The notes under the pieces were generated by a model, which was not told the DNA's origin, did no database searches, and worked only from the letters and a program-made list of their open reading frames with translations. Below are positions 29,356-38,669 of a stretch of DNA of 60,358 nt, piece by piece. This DNA is from a virus (Duplodnaviria; Caudoviricetes): positions 1 to 60,358 of the IMG/VR virus record IMGVR_UViG_3300020439_001546. One strand, given 5' to 3'. Positions within the stretch are counted from its first letter, which is position 1, and every line of letters begins with the position of its first letter. The position numbers and the translations under genes are program-made.

Positions 29356-29752
29356 TATAAATCAAAGCCTCCTCAAAGCAATTTTCTAGATCGTCAATAT
29401 ATTCTTTTTCGGCTATAAGTTCTGGCACTAGCCACATCTGTTTGTAAACCTTGCCATTCTTAAGAACACCTACAGTGTAATAGTTTGTAGACTCTGCCCC
29501 TAACGCACCCATTACAGATCGAATGAGATATATACCCTCGGCACCATCTATATTCAATACGCACTTGTGAGACCTAAACTGAAGATGCATTTCTTCAACA
29601 TTTACTTCATTCCTCATACAATACTGTTTAATGTCCCTCCAAGTGTCATATTCATCAAAGAAGAAATGTTCTCCGTCAGATGTCATTACTTTTACCCAGA
29701 CCCTTCTAAGGTTGCAAGTCTGGTAGTGTTCCTTCCATTTGGCTTCATCCAT
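29303..29752 (-). CDS. hypothetical protein
   Basis: 149-aa ORF in operon. Confidence 0.65.
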   Translation of the reverse strand: MDEAKWKEHYQTCNLRRVWVKVMTSDGEHFFFDEYDTWRDIKQYCMRNEVNVEEMHLQFRSHKCVLNIDGAEGIYLIRSVMGALGAESTNYYTVGVLKNGKVYKQMWLVPELIAEKEYIDDLENCFEEALIYNVGKKEKEANGEEQVQT

Positions 29753-29756
29753 GTAA

Positions 29757-30047
29757 CTATTTCCTTATACTCGTTACGCAGGATGATCTCTTCTTGGCGT
29801 TGAACTCCGGTCTTTTTGCGTCAGCCATTTCGGAGGCAGATTGCGTCATGACCGTTGACCCCTTATCGTTTCTACCAAACTGCTGATACAACAGGCTATC
29901 TTTCTTTTTCTTGGGTAGTGCGTCCAAAAACTTCTTTACGCTGGACTTGGCTCTATCCAAGTCTTTGCATAGAGAGTCTATATCATTTTCTGAATGGTTT
30001 TCTAGGTAAAATTTTTCAGCCTTGCTTAACGGTCCTTTTTTAGTCAT
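29757..30047 (-). CDS. hypothetical protein (possible HTH)
   Basis: 'LSKAEKFYL...IDSLCKDLDRAKSSV' is HTH-like. Confidence 0.6.
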   Translation of the reverse strand: MTKKGPLSKAEKFYLENHSENDIDSLCKDLDRAKSSVKKFLDALPKKKKDSLLYQQFGRNDKGSTVMTQSASEMADAKRPEFNAKKRSSCVTSIRK

Positions 30048-30372
30048 TTAAAAATCCTCTCTGAGCTTTGGTTAAATATATAGAATTGTTTGTTTTTAGA
30101 TAGGTCATATAATAGTCAAAAGTATTTTTAGATACTCTTTTGATGTTAGTTTCAATAACCTTTTCTCTTTTGCCGTATGGCCCGTTTGGGTCAAATAAGT
30201 TGCTTTGATGAACTCTAGCAAAATAAGTTTCAGTGCCATCTTCTTTTTTTATTACTTTGGCGTAATGAGAAACTTTATATTTCTTTTCTTTTTCTATGGA
30301 AGCTCCGGTCTTATCAAACAATAAAACTTTGTTGGTGTTTTTTTCTATAAAACCTTTGTCTACATATTTCAT
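30040..30372 (-). CDS. hypothetical protein
   Basis: 110-aa ORF overlapping both neighbours in operon fashion. Confidence 0.65.
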   Translation of the reverse strand: MKYVDKGFIEKNTNKVLLFDKTGASIEKEKKYKVSHYAKVIKKEDGTETYFARVHQSNLFDPNGPYGKREKVIETNIKRVSKNTFDYYMTYLKTNNSIYLTKAQRGFLND

Positions 30373-30725
30373 TTTTTACCCTCCATTATATATTTCGCTT
30401 TCTGTTTATTAGTCATTGAATTAATTTCTTTAGGTGAAGCATCTCCATGTTTATGATACCAAGCTTTAGGTGCTTCTGGTGTAGCTTCCTTCTTCTTGTG
30501 TGCTTCTTCGGATATTTTGCTTTTGTTTACGCGAGCGTTCTTGTCTGCAATGCTACCTATCGTATTAGAACCCTTGACAAAAGCGTGAACGCCACCAGAA
30601 ATAACCCTGTAGAGGGTAGGTTCGTTGCACTCGGGGCAAAATGAAAGAGGCTTGTCGTCAAAAGCCTGTTTAACATCTGTTAATTTGTGAGAACAGTTCT
30701 CACATTCGTAATCATATAAAGGCAT
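30369..30725 (-). CDS. FmdB-family zinc ribbon protein
   Basis: 'MPLYDYECENC...CPEC...L.RVIS'. Confidence 0.85.
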   Translation of the reverse strand: MPLYDYECENCSHKLTDVKQAFDDKPLSFCPECNEPTLYRVISGGVHAFVKGSNTIGSIADKNARVNKSKISEEAHKKKEATPEAPKAWYHKHGDASPKEINSMTNKQKAKYIMEGKK

Positions 30726-31391
30726 TTAATTCTCCAATGCAGTTAGTACCCTGCCTATTATGTCGTTTCTTTGTATGTCCTCATATCCAAGCTCACAGAT
30801 GCCAACCCCTTTTACTCCGCTTAGTCTGGATATGCAGTAGTCTAAACCGCTCCTACCTCTCAGATCGTCTTGATTGATGTCGCCGTTTATGAGTACCTTG
30901 CTATTCTTACCCATGCGGGTTATGAACATCTTAATTTGCTCTACTGTACAGTTCTGTGCCTCATCAAGAATCATGTAGGCGTTATGAAAGGTTGATCCCC
31001 TCATAATCTCCAAAGGCTTGTAAAGTATTTGTCCATCATTATCATAGTGTCCATAGTAAGATCTTCCAAGGAAAAATTTTAGGTTTTCTTTCATTGGGAG
31101 CAAGTAAGGTGCGATTTTTTCACCGAGTTCTCCCGGTAGCGAGCCTATGTCTTTACCTGTACAAACTAAAGGTCTCGTGATAATAATTTGCTCTATGTCA
31201 GCTCTATGTAGGTGTTCAGCAGCTATGCCAGCGGCGATAAAAGACTTGCCCGAACCCGATGGTCCAGAACAAAAGACTATATCGTTTTCAATAATGGATC
31301 TTATGTATTCTTTTTGATTCTCTGTTTTGGCTTCGAGTTTTTGTACTTTAGGTCTATTATCTTCTTTGCGTGTTCTTCTGGATCTTGCCAT
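30726..31391 (-). CDS. phoH: PhoH-like ATPase
   Basis: 'GPSGSGKS', 'ITRP', 'GSLPG', 'MRGSTF', 'DEAQN', 'GDINQ.D'. Confidence 0.95.
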   Translation of the reverse strand: MARSRRTRKEDNRPKVQKLEAKTENQKEYIRSIIENDIVFCSGPSGSGKSFIAAGIAAEHLHRADIEQIIITRPLVCTGKDIGSLPGELGEKIAPYLLPMKENLKFFLGRSYYGHYDNDGQILYKPLEIMRGSTFHNAYMILDEAQNCTVEQIKMFITRMGKNSKVLINGDINQDDLRGRSGLDYCISRLSGVKGVGICELGYEDIQRNDIIGRVLTALEN

Positions 31392-31414
31392 TTATTTTAC
31401 CTTGTAACTAAATT

Positions 31415-31861
31415 TTATAGGTCGGTTTCTTTAACAAAGATTCCGTCTACCATCCTACCTTTTCTGTCCTTGATGTCGTCCCAAGCCTTAGATAGACAGT
31501 CGGTAAGACTAAGTTTGTTCCGTTCAGCGATGTTAAGCAAAACGACAATCATATCCCCAATGTCGTCAGACACATCCTTACCTTTACAAATGTTATCGGA
31601 AAGCTCACCGGCCTCCTGTATTAGTTTAGCAAACTGGTCTTTGTCTGTTGACCCCTCTATTAAATTCCTGTCGTGGTGCCAGCCAACGATTTTATTTACG
31701 TAGTCGTCGGTAGAGAGATTTTCTTCCACTGTTATTTCCTCCGGATAACTAGAAAAGTATACGTCTTCCTTTATGCCGTGTACAGTTTCAAGCGTGTACC
31801 AACTTTTAAGTTGTTCAAGTCTAGCTTTTTGGTCTGGATGTATATCCTTTTTGTCTGTCAT
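31415..31861 (-). CDS. MazG-like NTP pyrophosphohydrolase
   Basis: 'KLIQEAGEL', 'DDIGD', 'DIKDRKG'. Confidence 0.85.
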   Translation of the reverse strand: MTDKKDIHPDQKARLEQLKSWYTLETVHGIKEDVYFSSYPEEITVEENLSTDDYVNKIVGWHHDRNLIEGSTDKDQFAKLIQEAGELSDNICKGKDVSDDIGDMIVVLLNIAERNKLSLTDCLSKAWDDIKDRKGRMVDGIFVKETDL

Positions 31862-32931
31862 AGTTTCATATCTCCAAAGTCCATGTCGTCCAAATCGTTT
31901 TTACTAGCACCTATTTTGTAGCTAGTGATCTCGTGTTCTTGAGGTGCAACCTGAACACTCTCACTTTGCATCCATGCTTGTGTCCATCCAGCAATGGGGT
32001 TTTTGCCAACGTTCTCGTATGGCAATCCGATGGTTTTTCTTCTAGACATACACAGCCAATCAATATACTGGTGTAAGACCGTTTCGTTTAACCCTATGAT
32101 TGAGCCGTCTTTAAACAGGTAAGAAGCCCACTCCTTCTCTTCTTTAGCGGCGTTTTCAAACATTGCAACAGCGTCCTCTTGGCACTGTTTTGCTACATTA
32201 ACAAACCCTTCTGATTCCTCCTTGTGGAGAATCTTAAGGATAGCTTGAGTATTTGCTAAGTGTAATGCTTCGTCACGTTTTATCAACTTAATAATGTCAG
32301 CATTGCCTACCATCTTCTTATTTTCTGCAAACGCAAAACTACAAATAAAACTAACATAAAACCTAATCGCTTCAAGAATATTAATGCTAACTATGGTCAT
32401 ATAAATTTGCTTCTTGAGTTCAGACGGTTTTGTTGTTTCGCAAGCCATTCCCATTAGATTATTATAATCCCTAATCGCACCGTTGGCACGCTTCATAATT
32501 TCCTTATCTTCATAAATGCCTCCAAAAATTTCTGAACTGTCTGCAAAAACATTTTGAATAATATAGCTGTAGCTTTGAGAGTGGATTTTTTCAAAGAACT
32601 GCCACGTCATCAAGCAGGCTTCGAGTTCAGTATTTGTCACGAACTCCAGTAGCGTGGGAACGCCTCTACAAATCACGCTATCAAGCATGGTTTGGTATTT
32701 TAAATTAGATGTAAAGATAAACTTCTCATTATCTGACATCTCCTTAAAGTCGCCGCGATCCTTTTTAAGCTCAATCTCTTCCGGTCTCCAGAAGTTCATC
32801 ATCTGTTTACTATCCAACTCTCTAAAGACTGGATACTTAACGATGTCGTAACGTTGCACTCCTAAGTCCTTACCCAAGAATAACGGTTGATTCATTGGGT
32901 CTACGCTCTTTGTATTAAAGATGGTTTTCAT
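31858..32931 (-). CDS. nrdB: ribonucleotide reductase class Ia beta subunit
   Basis: 'FWRPEE', 'E.IHS.SY', 'EAIRFY.SF', 'RDEALH', 'APQE.EI.SY'. Confidence 0.97.
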   Translation of the reverse strand: MKTIFNTKSVDPMNQPLFLGKDLGVQRYDIVKYPVFRELDSKQMMNFWRPEEIELKKDRGDFKEMSDNEKFIFTSNLKYQTMLDSVICRGVPTLLEFVTNTELEACLMTWQFFEKIHSQSYSYIIQNVFADSSEIFGGIYEDKEIMKRANGAIRDYNNLMGMACETTKPSELKKQIYMTIVSINILEAIRFYVSFICSFAFAENKKMVGNADIIKLIKRDEALHLANTQAILKILHKEESEGFVNVAKQCQEDAVAMFENAAKEEKEWASYLFKDGSIIGLNETVLHQYIDWLCMSRRKTIGLPYENVGKNPIAGWTQAWMQSESVQVAPQEHEITSYKIGASKNDLDDMDFGDMKL

Positions 32932-35156
32932 ATCGCACATGCTCCAGAGTCACAGTTCATGCCTTTTTCTGTATCGCCGTCTCCGTCTGGCGTGTTGGCA
33001 TAATAGAAATTTTTAAGACCGTATTTATATCCGTATATCTGATCTTTTATTAAAACGCTAAGAGGAATATTGCCATCCTCGTAATGGCTATAGTTATAAT
33101 ATAGGTTTGTACTCATGCTCATATCTACAAACTTTTGTATGACAGCAGCTACATTCATAATAGCTATGTTATCGGTCATTTCCCACGCTAAAGTATAATG
33201 ATTCTTTCTGGTTCTATAATTAGGAACTAATTGCTTCAGAACTCCATTTTTTGCTTTTTTGTGAATAAGTAAGCTCCGTACTGGCTCAATTCCATTGGTA
33301 GAGTTTTGAATAACGGAGCTAGACTCACAAGGCATAATAGCAGATAAAGTAGAGTGTCGTAAGCCATGTTCTTCAACCCTTTCACGCAACCCCTCCCAAT
33401 CCATATTGTATTTAGGTTTAATTAATTCGTCCACTTCTTTTTTATACCAGTCAATAGGCAGTAGGCCGTGAGCGTATTTAGTGTCCCCAAACTTCTCACA
33501 CGGCCCCTTCTCTTCAGCAAGTTCGCAACTGGCATTGATGAGGTTCCACTGGATTTGCTCCATTGTTTCATGAACTAGCTCTAGTGCTGCCTTGTCTGCG
33601 TAGGATAATTTGTTCTTGGCTAGGAATCCGGCCAGATTAGTTATCCCAACGCCGAGAGACCTTCTGTTTTTGGTAAAATTTTCACCAGCTAAAACGGGAT
33701 AGTCTTGGTAATCAATGACCGCTTCAAGCGTTCTTACAGCCATTCTGCAAGCATCTTCTATGTCCTTTTCGCTACTGAGTTCTAAAAGGTTTAGGGCGGA
33801 AAGAATGCATATTCCAATTTCTCCATCCGGATCATCTATAGCGTTAATTGGTTTTGTTGGATGAATAATTTCTTGGCAAAGATTACTCATATAACACGGA
33901 ATATCCCACGATCCGTGTGCATTAGCTGAGTCAATATTCATGCTGTATATACGTCCAGTCTCAAGCCTTTCTCTTGCAAAGATTTCTGCTATCTTACGAG
34001 CAGGTACTTTCTTTTTAAATTTTAGTGAGCGAGCGTTTTCATACTTAGTGTATAGTTTTTCAAACTCCTCATTATTGCCGAACGCCTCGTATAAACCCTT
34101 GGCTTCGTCCGGACTAAAAAGTGTAATGTCCTCATTTGCTATGAGTCGATCATAGAAAAGTTTGCAGAATTGGATGCTGTAGTCTAGTTTGCGAACACGG
34201 TTATCGTCTGTACCGGCGTTGTTCTTCAGGACCATAACGTCTTCGATTTCATAGTGCCAAAACGGGACATGCACCGTAGCGGAGCCTCCACGTAATCCGT
34301 TTTGCGACGTTGATTTAACAGCCGATTCAAAGTTCTTCAAGTACGGTATTAAACCGGTGTGAATAACTTCACCACCTCTGATGGGAGAGTTGATTGGCCT
34401 CATACGCCCTATGTTCAACCCAATCCCCGCTCTTCTAGCTGTGTACTTTCCGACAGCATGTATGCTAGAGAATATAGCATCAAGGTTGTCGTCAACATCA
34501 ACCAAAACACAGGATGCGAACTGCCGAATATTTGTGCGAACGCCAGCCATGATAGGTGTAGGAAGATTAATTTTAAACGTGGAATAGCAATCATAAGCCT
34601 TCTTAACCTCTTGAGTAGAGTCAAATAAACACATTGCTATGGCCATGTAAGCAAATTGCGGAGTTTCATATATGGCGTCGGTACTTCTATTTTTGACGAG
34701 ATATTTGTCTATCAACTGTTGTAGGCCAGCATATGTAAACAGATCGTCCCTGCTATGGTTTATATACTTGCCTAGCGAATCTATCTGTGCGTTTGTCCAC
34801 TTTTGCAGGATGTGAGGATCGTACATTCCATTGTCAACATTTCTCTGCAAGAAAAGTAAGAAGTCTGTAGGCTGATCTCCGTAACCCCAAACTTTCTTTC
34901 TTAACTGCATATTTAAAAGTCGAGCCGCAACGTATTGGTAATTTGGATTAGATTCGGATATTAAATCGTTCGCAGACTTAATCAAAACCTGATGAATTTC
35001 TGAGCTACTAATCCCGTCGTAAATAGAGAGATTTGCGTTCATACAGATATCTGAAAACGATACTCCATTGATACCTTTGGTAGCCCATTGAACGACTTTG
35101 TGAATTTTTTCTACAGAGAAAGCTTCTTTTTCTCCGCTTGTTTTAGTGACTTGCAT
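32928..35156 (-). CDS. nrdA: ribonucleotide reductase class Ia alpha subunit (with ATP cone)
   Basis: 'PTPIM', 'QFASC', 'SNLCQEI', 'STNGIEP', 'FYY', and C-terminal 'CDSGAC'. Confidence 0.97.
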   Translation of the reverse strand: MQVTKTSGEKEAFSVEKIHKVVQWATKGINGVSFSDICMNANLSIYDGISSSEIHQVLIKSANDLISESNPNYQYVAARLLNMQLRKKVWGYGDQPTDFLLFLQRNVDNGMYDPHILQKWTNAQIDSLGKYINHSRDDLFTYAGLQQLIDKYLVKNRSTDAIYETPQFAYMAIAMCLFDSTQEVKKAYDCYSTFKINLPTPIMAGVRTNIRQFASCVLVDVDDNLDAIFSSIHAVGKYTARRAGIGLNIGRMRPINSPIRGGEVIHTGLIPYLKNFESAVKSTSQNGLRGGSATVHVPFWHYEIEDVMVLKNNAGTDDNRVRKLDYSIQFCKLFYDRLIANEDITLFSPDEAKGLYEAFGNNEEFEKLYTKYENARSLKFKKKVPARKIAEIFARERLETGRIYSMNIDSANAHGSWDIPCYMSNLCQEIIHPTKPINAIDDPDGEIGICILSALNLLELSSEKDIEDACRMAVRTLEAVIDYQDYPVLAGENFTKNRRSLGVGITNLAGFLAKNKLSYADKAALELVHETMEQIQWNLINASCELAEEKGPCEKFGDTKYAHGLLPIDWYKKEVDELIKPKYNMDWEGLRERVEEHGLRHSTLSAIMPCESSSVIQNSTNGIEPVRSLLIHKKAKNGVLKQLVPNYRTRKNHYTLAWEMTDNIAIMNVAAVIQKFVDMSMSTNLYYNYSHYEDGNIPLSVLIKDQIYGYKYGLKNFYYANTPDGDGDTEKGMNCDSGACAI

Positions 35157-35193
35157 TTAACATAGTATCCTTTATAATGATTGTACACACCCT

Positions 35194-35222
35194 ATTTTAA
35201 TGTAGGCTCGTCTGTTTGTCAA
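35194..35222 (-). promoter_or_regulatory. sigma70-type promoter for the nrdA operon
   Basis: TTGACA-17-TAAAAT with CGA in the spacer. Confidence 0.7.
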
Positions 35223-35234
35223 GTGTGTAGATAC

Positions 35235-35265
35235 AAAAACCCCGCAATAAATGAATAAAGCGGGG
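35235..35265 (-). terminator. intrinsic terminator
   Basis: CCCCGC/GCGGGG stem followed by T5 on the minus strand. Confidence 0.7.
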
Positions 35266-35272
35266 CTGTAGT

Positions 35273-35464
35273 TTACTTGGTTATCTTTATCTCTACATTA
35301 TCACCCACTTGAATGAGGATAATGTCTTTTCCGTTCTCCTTTGTGAAAGAAATCATATCTAAAATTGCTGTGGCTTTGTCTATATCTCTTTGCTCTATAT
35401 TTATACGCTCTAGTACTGATTCGAGAATCTTGTCTGTGATACCCATTAGTTGTTGACGCTCCAA
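35273..35464 (-). CDS. hypothetical small protein
   Basis: Last gene before the terminator. Real start is probably ATG 35446. Confidence 0.6.
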   Translation of the reverse strand: MERQQLMGITDKILESVLERINIEQRDIDKATAILDMISFTKENGKDIILIQVGDNVEIKITK

Positions 35465-35916
35465 GCTATAGCATTTAAGCAGTCACACAAGTCTTTTCTT
35501 TTGTTGTCTGTTAAGGCTAAGTCTTCTTTGCCGAGAGTGTTCATTATGGCCTTATCTACCTCTTCTCCTAACAGCGGATATTTATCTTTAAGTTTGAGAC
35601 CGGCAAAATTTAGACCGCCCGCCCTTATATTAAACTCTCTAAAAACACCAGTTGTCTTAACAAATCCTGGGTCTGTCTTGACAACGCTGGAAAGTTCAGA
35701 GAAAAAATCGCCTATCTGTTTAGCATCCTGTTTCTCTATGTCCATATCAGTAATATTCTGAACTAGAGTTTTGTATTCAATGGTAGGGGGATCAATCTTA
35801 GAGGATGGTATGTTTACTATTTCTACATTTTCTTTTATATAGGAGTACACACCTTCTCCGAAAAGGCCGACCACAAGTAATGCGGCAGCAAGTATAAGTC
35901 TCAATTTTTTAGACAT
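35446..35916 (-). CDS. membrane-anchored/secreted hypothetical protein
   Basis: N-terminal 'KKLRLILAAALLVVGLF' signal/TM. Confidence 0.7.
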   Translation of the reverse strand: MSKKLRLILAAALLVVGLFGEGVYSYIKENVEIVNIPSSKIDPPTIEYKTLVQNITDMDIEKQDAKQIGDFFSELSSVVKTDPGFVKTTGVFREFNIRAGGLNFAGLKLKDKYPLLGEEVDKAIMNTLGKEDLALTDNKRKDLCDCLNAIAWSVNN

Positions 35917-36199
35917 TCTTGCCTCCTGAGTTTAACAGCGGGAAGATAGAGTCTAGTTGCTCAACAGCTTGATGTAGTTGAGCCTTTTTGCAAACCTCTT
36001 TTAGGTCTTCCCATTCTTTTACAACCTCTACAAGGCTGGGTGAATGTGGTGAAACCTCTGGCTCTAATCTATCTAAAATAGATTTGTTTTTACCAGCTGT
36101 TAAAAATACGTCCTTGAGGTATGCCCAAACGGGGCCAGCGAATACACTCAACCCCAATGCCGCAGCTAAAGACACCACGATAATCTGAAAGCTGTTCAT
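35909..36199 (-). CDS. membrane hypothetical protein
   Basis: N-terminal TM helix. Confidence 0.7.
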   Translation of the reverse strand: MNSFQIIVVSLAAALGLSVFAGPVWAYLKDVFLTAGKNKSILDRLEPEVSPHSPSLVEVVKEWEDLKEVCKKAQLHQAVEQLDSIFPLLNSGGKNV

Positions 36200-36558
36200 T
36201 TCTGCTCCTCTATACTGTTAATTAACTGAGTTAGTTCCGTCTCAGACAAGGAGGCTCCTGCCTCCAACATAGCGTTAAACATGGCTCTTCGTTGTGACTT
36301 ACTCGTAAACCGTTTTCTTATTTCTCTTTTAAGTATTATTTTATGAAGAACGCTTCCGCCCTTGACGGCCTTAGACACACCTTTGGAAGAGTAGCACATA
36401 TATAATAGCTTAACCACGGATATAATACAATTACAAATTGCCATAATAGTAAATGGATCAAAAGAAAAAGATGTATCTTTGGCTTGAGCGTAGCTCAAAA
36501 CTTTTGTGGAAATTTTTAGTTGAATCTCTGGGAGTTCACTGTTCATCATCGTCTCCAA
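36196..36558 (-). CDS. hypothetical protein with hydrophobic segment
   Basis: 'DPFTIMAICNCIISVVKLLYMC' hydrophobic helix and basic C-terminus. Confidence 0.65.
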   Translation of the reverse strand: METMMNSELPEIQLKISTKVLSYAQAKDTSFSFDPFTIMAICNCIISVVKLLYMCYSSKGVSKAVKGGSVLHKIILKREIRKRFTSKSQRRAMFNAMLEAGASLSETELTQLINSIEEQK

Positions 36559-36920
36559 AATATTTTTCTAAGTAAACCCTGTTTCCGAGCCGGTACGCAG
36601 TTTTGAGTTGTGGTCGGCGTTACTGGTTCTGATTCTACCGCTTCGCATTTACTGCAACCGGGACACTCCGTCTTATGACCATCGCCCTGTATGATCCATC
36701 CAGAGCCATCACACTCATCTTCAATGACTTCTATCTGTTTTATCATTGTTGCTTTAGCTAGATTTGTAGAAATGTATGGCCTGAAATTAAGACTGTCTGA
36801 TGTGCCAGAAGAAAAAAACGCAACCGCCATGACAACAGAACTAAATTGTCTAAACATAACACGCTCCTTATAGGTAGGAAGTTGTACCGTAGTTTGGTAG
36901 GTCTCTAGCCGGAAAACCAT
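36546..36920 (-). CDS. secreted protein with CxGxG...CxxC zinc-like motif
   Basis: Likely start 'MFRQFSSVVMAVAFF'. Contains 'CDGSGWIIQGDGHKTECPGC'. Confidence 0.65.
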   Translation of the reverse strand: MVFRLETYQTTVQLPTYKERVMFRQFSSVVMAVAFFSSGTSDSLNFRPYISTNLAKATMIKQIEVIEDECDGSGWIIQGDGHKTECPGCSKCEAVESEPVTPTTTQNCVPARKQGLLRKIFWRR

Positions 36921-37794
36921 TCACATCGCTAAAGACCCAAGACCCTTGCTGTGCCAGCATTCCTCTGGCGTCCTTTTCTCTTATCCAAAAACTTCCGTCC
37001 GGTTGCCCGTGAACTTTTGGGCCGCTATTCCATTTGCCCCAACTGTTCTGAACTAGGAAGAGGGTTTCTCGAAAACGTTTTCTAGTATCGTCACAAGCGA
37101 TCCAAGCCATAGCATGGTTCCAGCCAGAACCACGCTTGGCGATGCCGTTAGCATCCCTACGACTACTGAACCCATACCCAGAGCATACGCTAATAGCATA
37201 CCCATTAGAAAGTGCATCCCTAGCCTCTTCAATTGTGGTTATCATTGAAATAGTTTTTACCTGATGCTTCTTAGCTTCTGTCGAATAAATCTTAGAAGGT
37301 ATCTGATGTCTAGCACCAAGTGTTGAGTTATATTTAGATAGATCTACATCCCCGTAGTCTTTTCTCAATAGAATGCCGCCCTTAGAGTGGACGTACTTAG
37401 CAGCTCCAGAGCAGGTCATGCCTTGTCCACGATGCCCTCTGGATTGATAAATTGCTTCAGTAGCACTGCGAGTTTCAAAAGATTCTGACTCGCCCTTTAT
37501 GTCTATTTCCACTGCTCTTGTGATGTCTACCGCATTTCTAGTGGAGTGAGAAACGCAATCACCTGTTGTCTGCCTTTCAGAAGGGCCAAAAGCTGGGTCA
37601 AACTTCAATAAAGATTTAAACGGTAGGGAGAGTTTGCCTTCTCCGCTACCGTATAATCTAAAAGCAGTTGCACCAAATAATGGAGTCTTGAGTTTTCCAA
37701 GAAGCTCTGCCGTTTCTTCTGGGTCGCAGACGCTTCCTGTAAAACCATTTCTATAGGCATCCAACAGTTCTTTTGGACTGTTGAAGTCAGCCAT
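36868..37794 (-). CDS. papain-like (C1) cysteine peptidase
   Basis: Oxyanion Q and catalytic C 'RQTTGDCVS', His 'WNHAM', Asn 'VQNSWG'. Confidence 0.88.
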   Translation of the reverse strand: MADFNSPKELLDAYRNGFTGSVCDPEETAELLGKLKTPLFGATAFRLYGSGEGKLSLPFKSLLKFDPAFGPSERQTTGDCVSHSTRNAVDITRAVEIDIKGESESFETRSATEAIYQSRGHRGQGMTCSGAAKYVHSKGGILLRKDYGDVDLSKYNSTLGARHQIPSKIYSTEAKKHQVKTISMITTIEEARDALSNGYAISVCSGYGFSSRRDANGIAKRGSGWNHAMAWIACDDTRKRFRETLFLVQNSWGKWNSGPKVHGQPDGSFWIREKDARGMLAQQGSWVFSDVNGFPARDLPNYGTTSYL

Positions 37795-37796
37795 TA

Positions 37797-38009
37797 TTAT
37801 TCCTCGTCTTTATTGTCTTTAAGCCACTTGATAGCGGTGTCTAAGCCAACGGCGACGATAGGTACAAATAATGTACCGAGAGTACCTAAATCAATTTGAT
37901 CTAGATTTCCAGCGATATAAGTAAGAGCGGCTGCTCCACCAACCAACGCTGCATTTTTGCCGATCTTAGAAATGTCGGCCCAATTTAATGTAAACTTTTT
38001 AGAACCCAT
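37797..38009 (-). CDS. small two-TM membrane protein (holin-like)
   Basis: 70 aa with two hydrophobic segments and a charged C-terminus. Confidence 0.6.
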   Translation of the reverse strand: MGSKKFTLNWADISKIGKNAALVGGAAALTYIAGNLDQIDLGTLGTLFVPIVAVGLDTAIKWLKDNKDEE

Positions 38010-38010
38010 T

Positions 38011-38595
38011 CTAGTTCTCCTTGTAAAGATGAATTAAAAACCCTTGATGAGACTTTTCACTTATTCTATATGGGTATCCTAGAAAGTGAATTTTCTGTCC
38101 GTTAACCGATTCAGTCTCGATATCGACCCTCCTGCACATCTCTATGCAAGAATTGAACTCCTTTAAAAACTCTTCTCTGGAATCTTCGTCTACTATAGAG
38201 ATCCAGTCAAGCCCTTCAGTAAAGTCGCCGTTGTCGTTGGTGAGATCACGAAAAGATTGGTTACTCCAAGTGACTCTTCCAAAACTATCTGTTTCAAATA
38301 GTGGCCTATCTGTGTAATGTAGGGCAGCTTTTGATCTCTGGTCTAAAACTTTTTGTGTTATCTCTATCCTTTGGCAGGTGTCTTTTAAGCAATTTACCGC
38401 ATCCTTCATTGAGCCACCACCATTGGGAGTGACTTCATTCTTAATGGTATCTATAGACTTTTTTATTTCTTTGTGGTCATCCATTAGTTGTATAGCTGGC
38501 TTCAATAATTTTTTCCATAGAAAAATGCTTATCGAAGTTACTATTCCGGCTAACGTGCTAACCATCGCTAATGATTCTGCATCAAAGGCAAACAT
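38011..38595 (-). CDS. TM + coiled coil + PAS-domain protein
   Basis: N-terminal TM, then 'PNGGGSMKD', then PAS-like 'FETDSFGRVTWSNQSF..LT......GLDWISIVDEDSRE'. Confidence 0.75.
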   Translation of the reverse strand: MFAFDAESLAMVSTLAGIVTSISIFLWKKLLKPAIQLMDDHKEIKKSIDTIKNEVTPNGGGSMKDAVNCLKDTCQRIEITQKVLDQRSKAALHYTDRPLFETDSFGRVTWSNQSFRDLTNDNGDFTEGLDWISIVDEDSREEFLKEFNSCIEMCRRVDIETESVNGQKIHFLGYPYRISEKSHQGFLIHLYKEN

Positions 38596-38612
38596 GACTT
38601 ACTCCTAGTGCT

Positions 38613-38646
38613 AAAAATAGCCCGCCCCCTCGAAAGGGGGAGGGCT
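38613..38646 (-). terminator. intrinsic terminator
   Basis: Minus strand AGCCCTCCCCCT-TTCG-AGGGGGCGGGCT followed by ATTTTT. Confidence 0.85.
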
Positions 38647-38669
38647 TAATTTAGTAAGCAGATAATATA

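Noticed and set aside
31212-31703. 163-aa plus-strand ORF (and the other short plus-strand ORFs in the track)
   Set aside because: They lie antisense to well-supported minus-strand genes such as phoH and mazG, and lack RBS or motif support.
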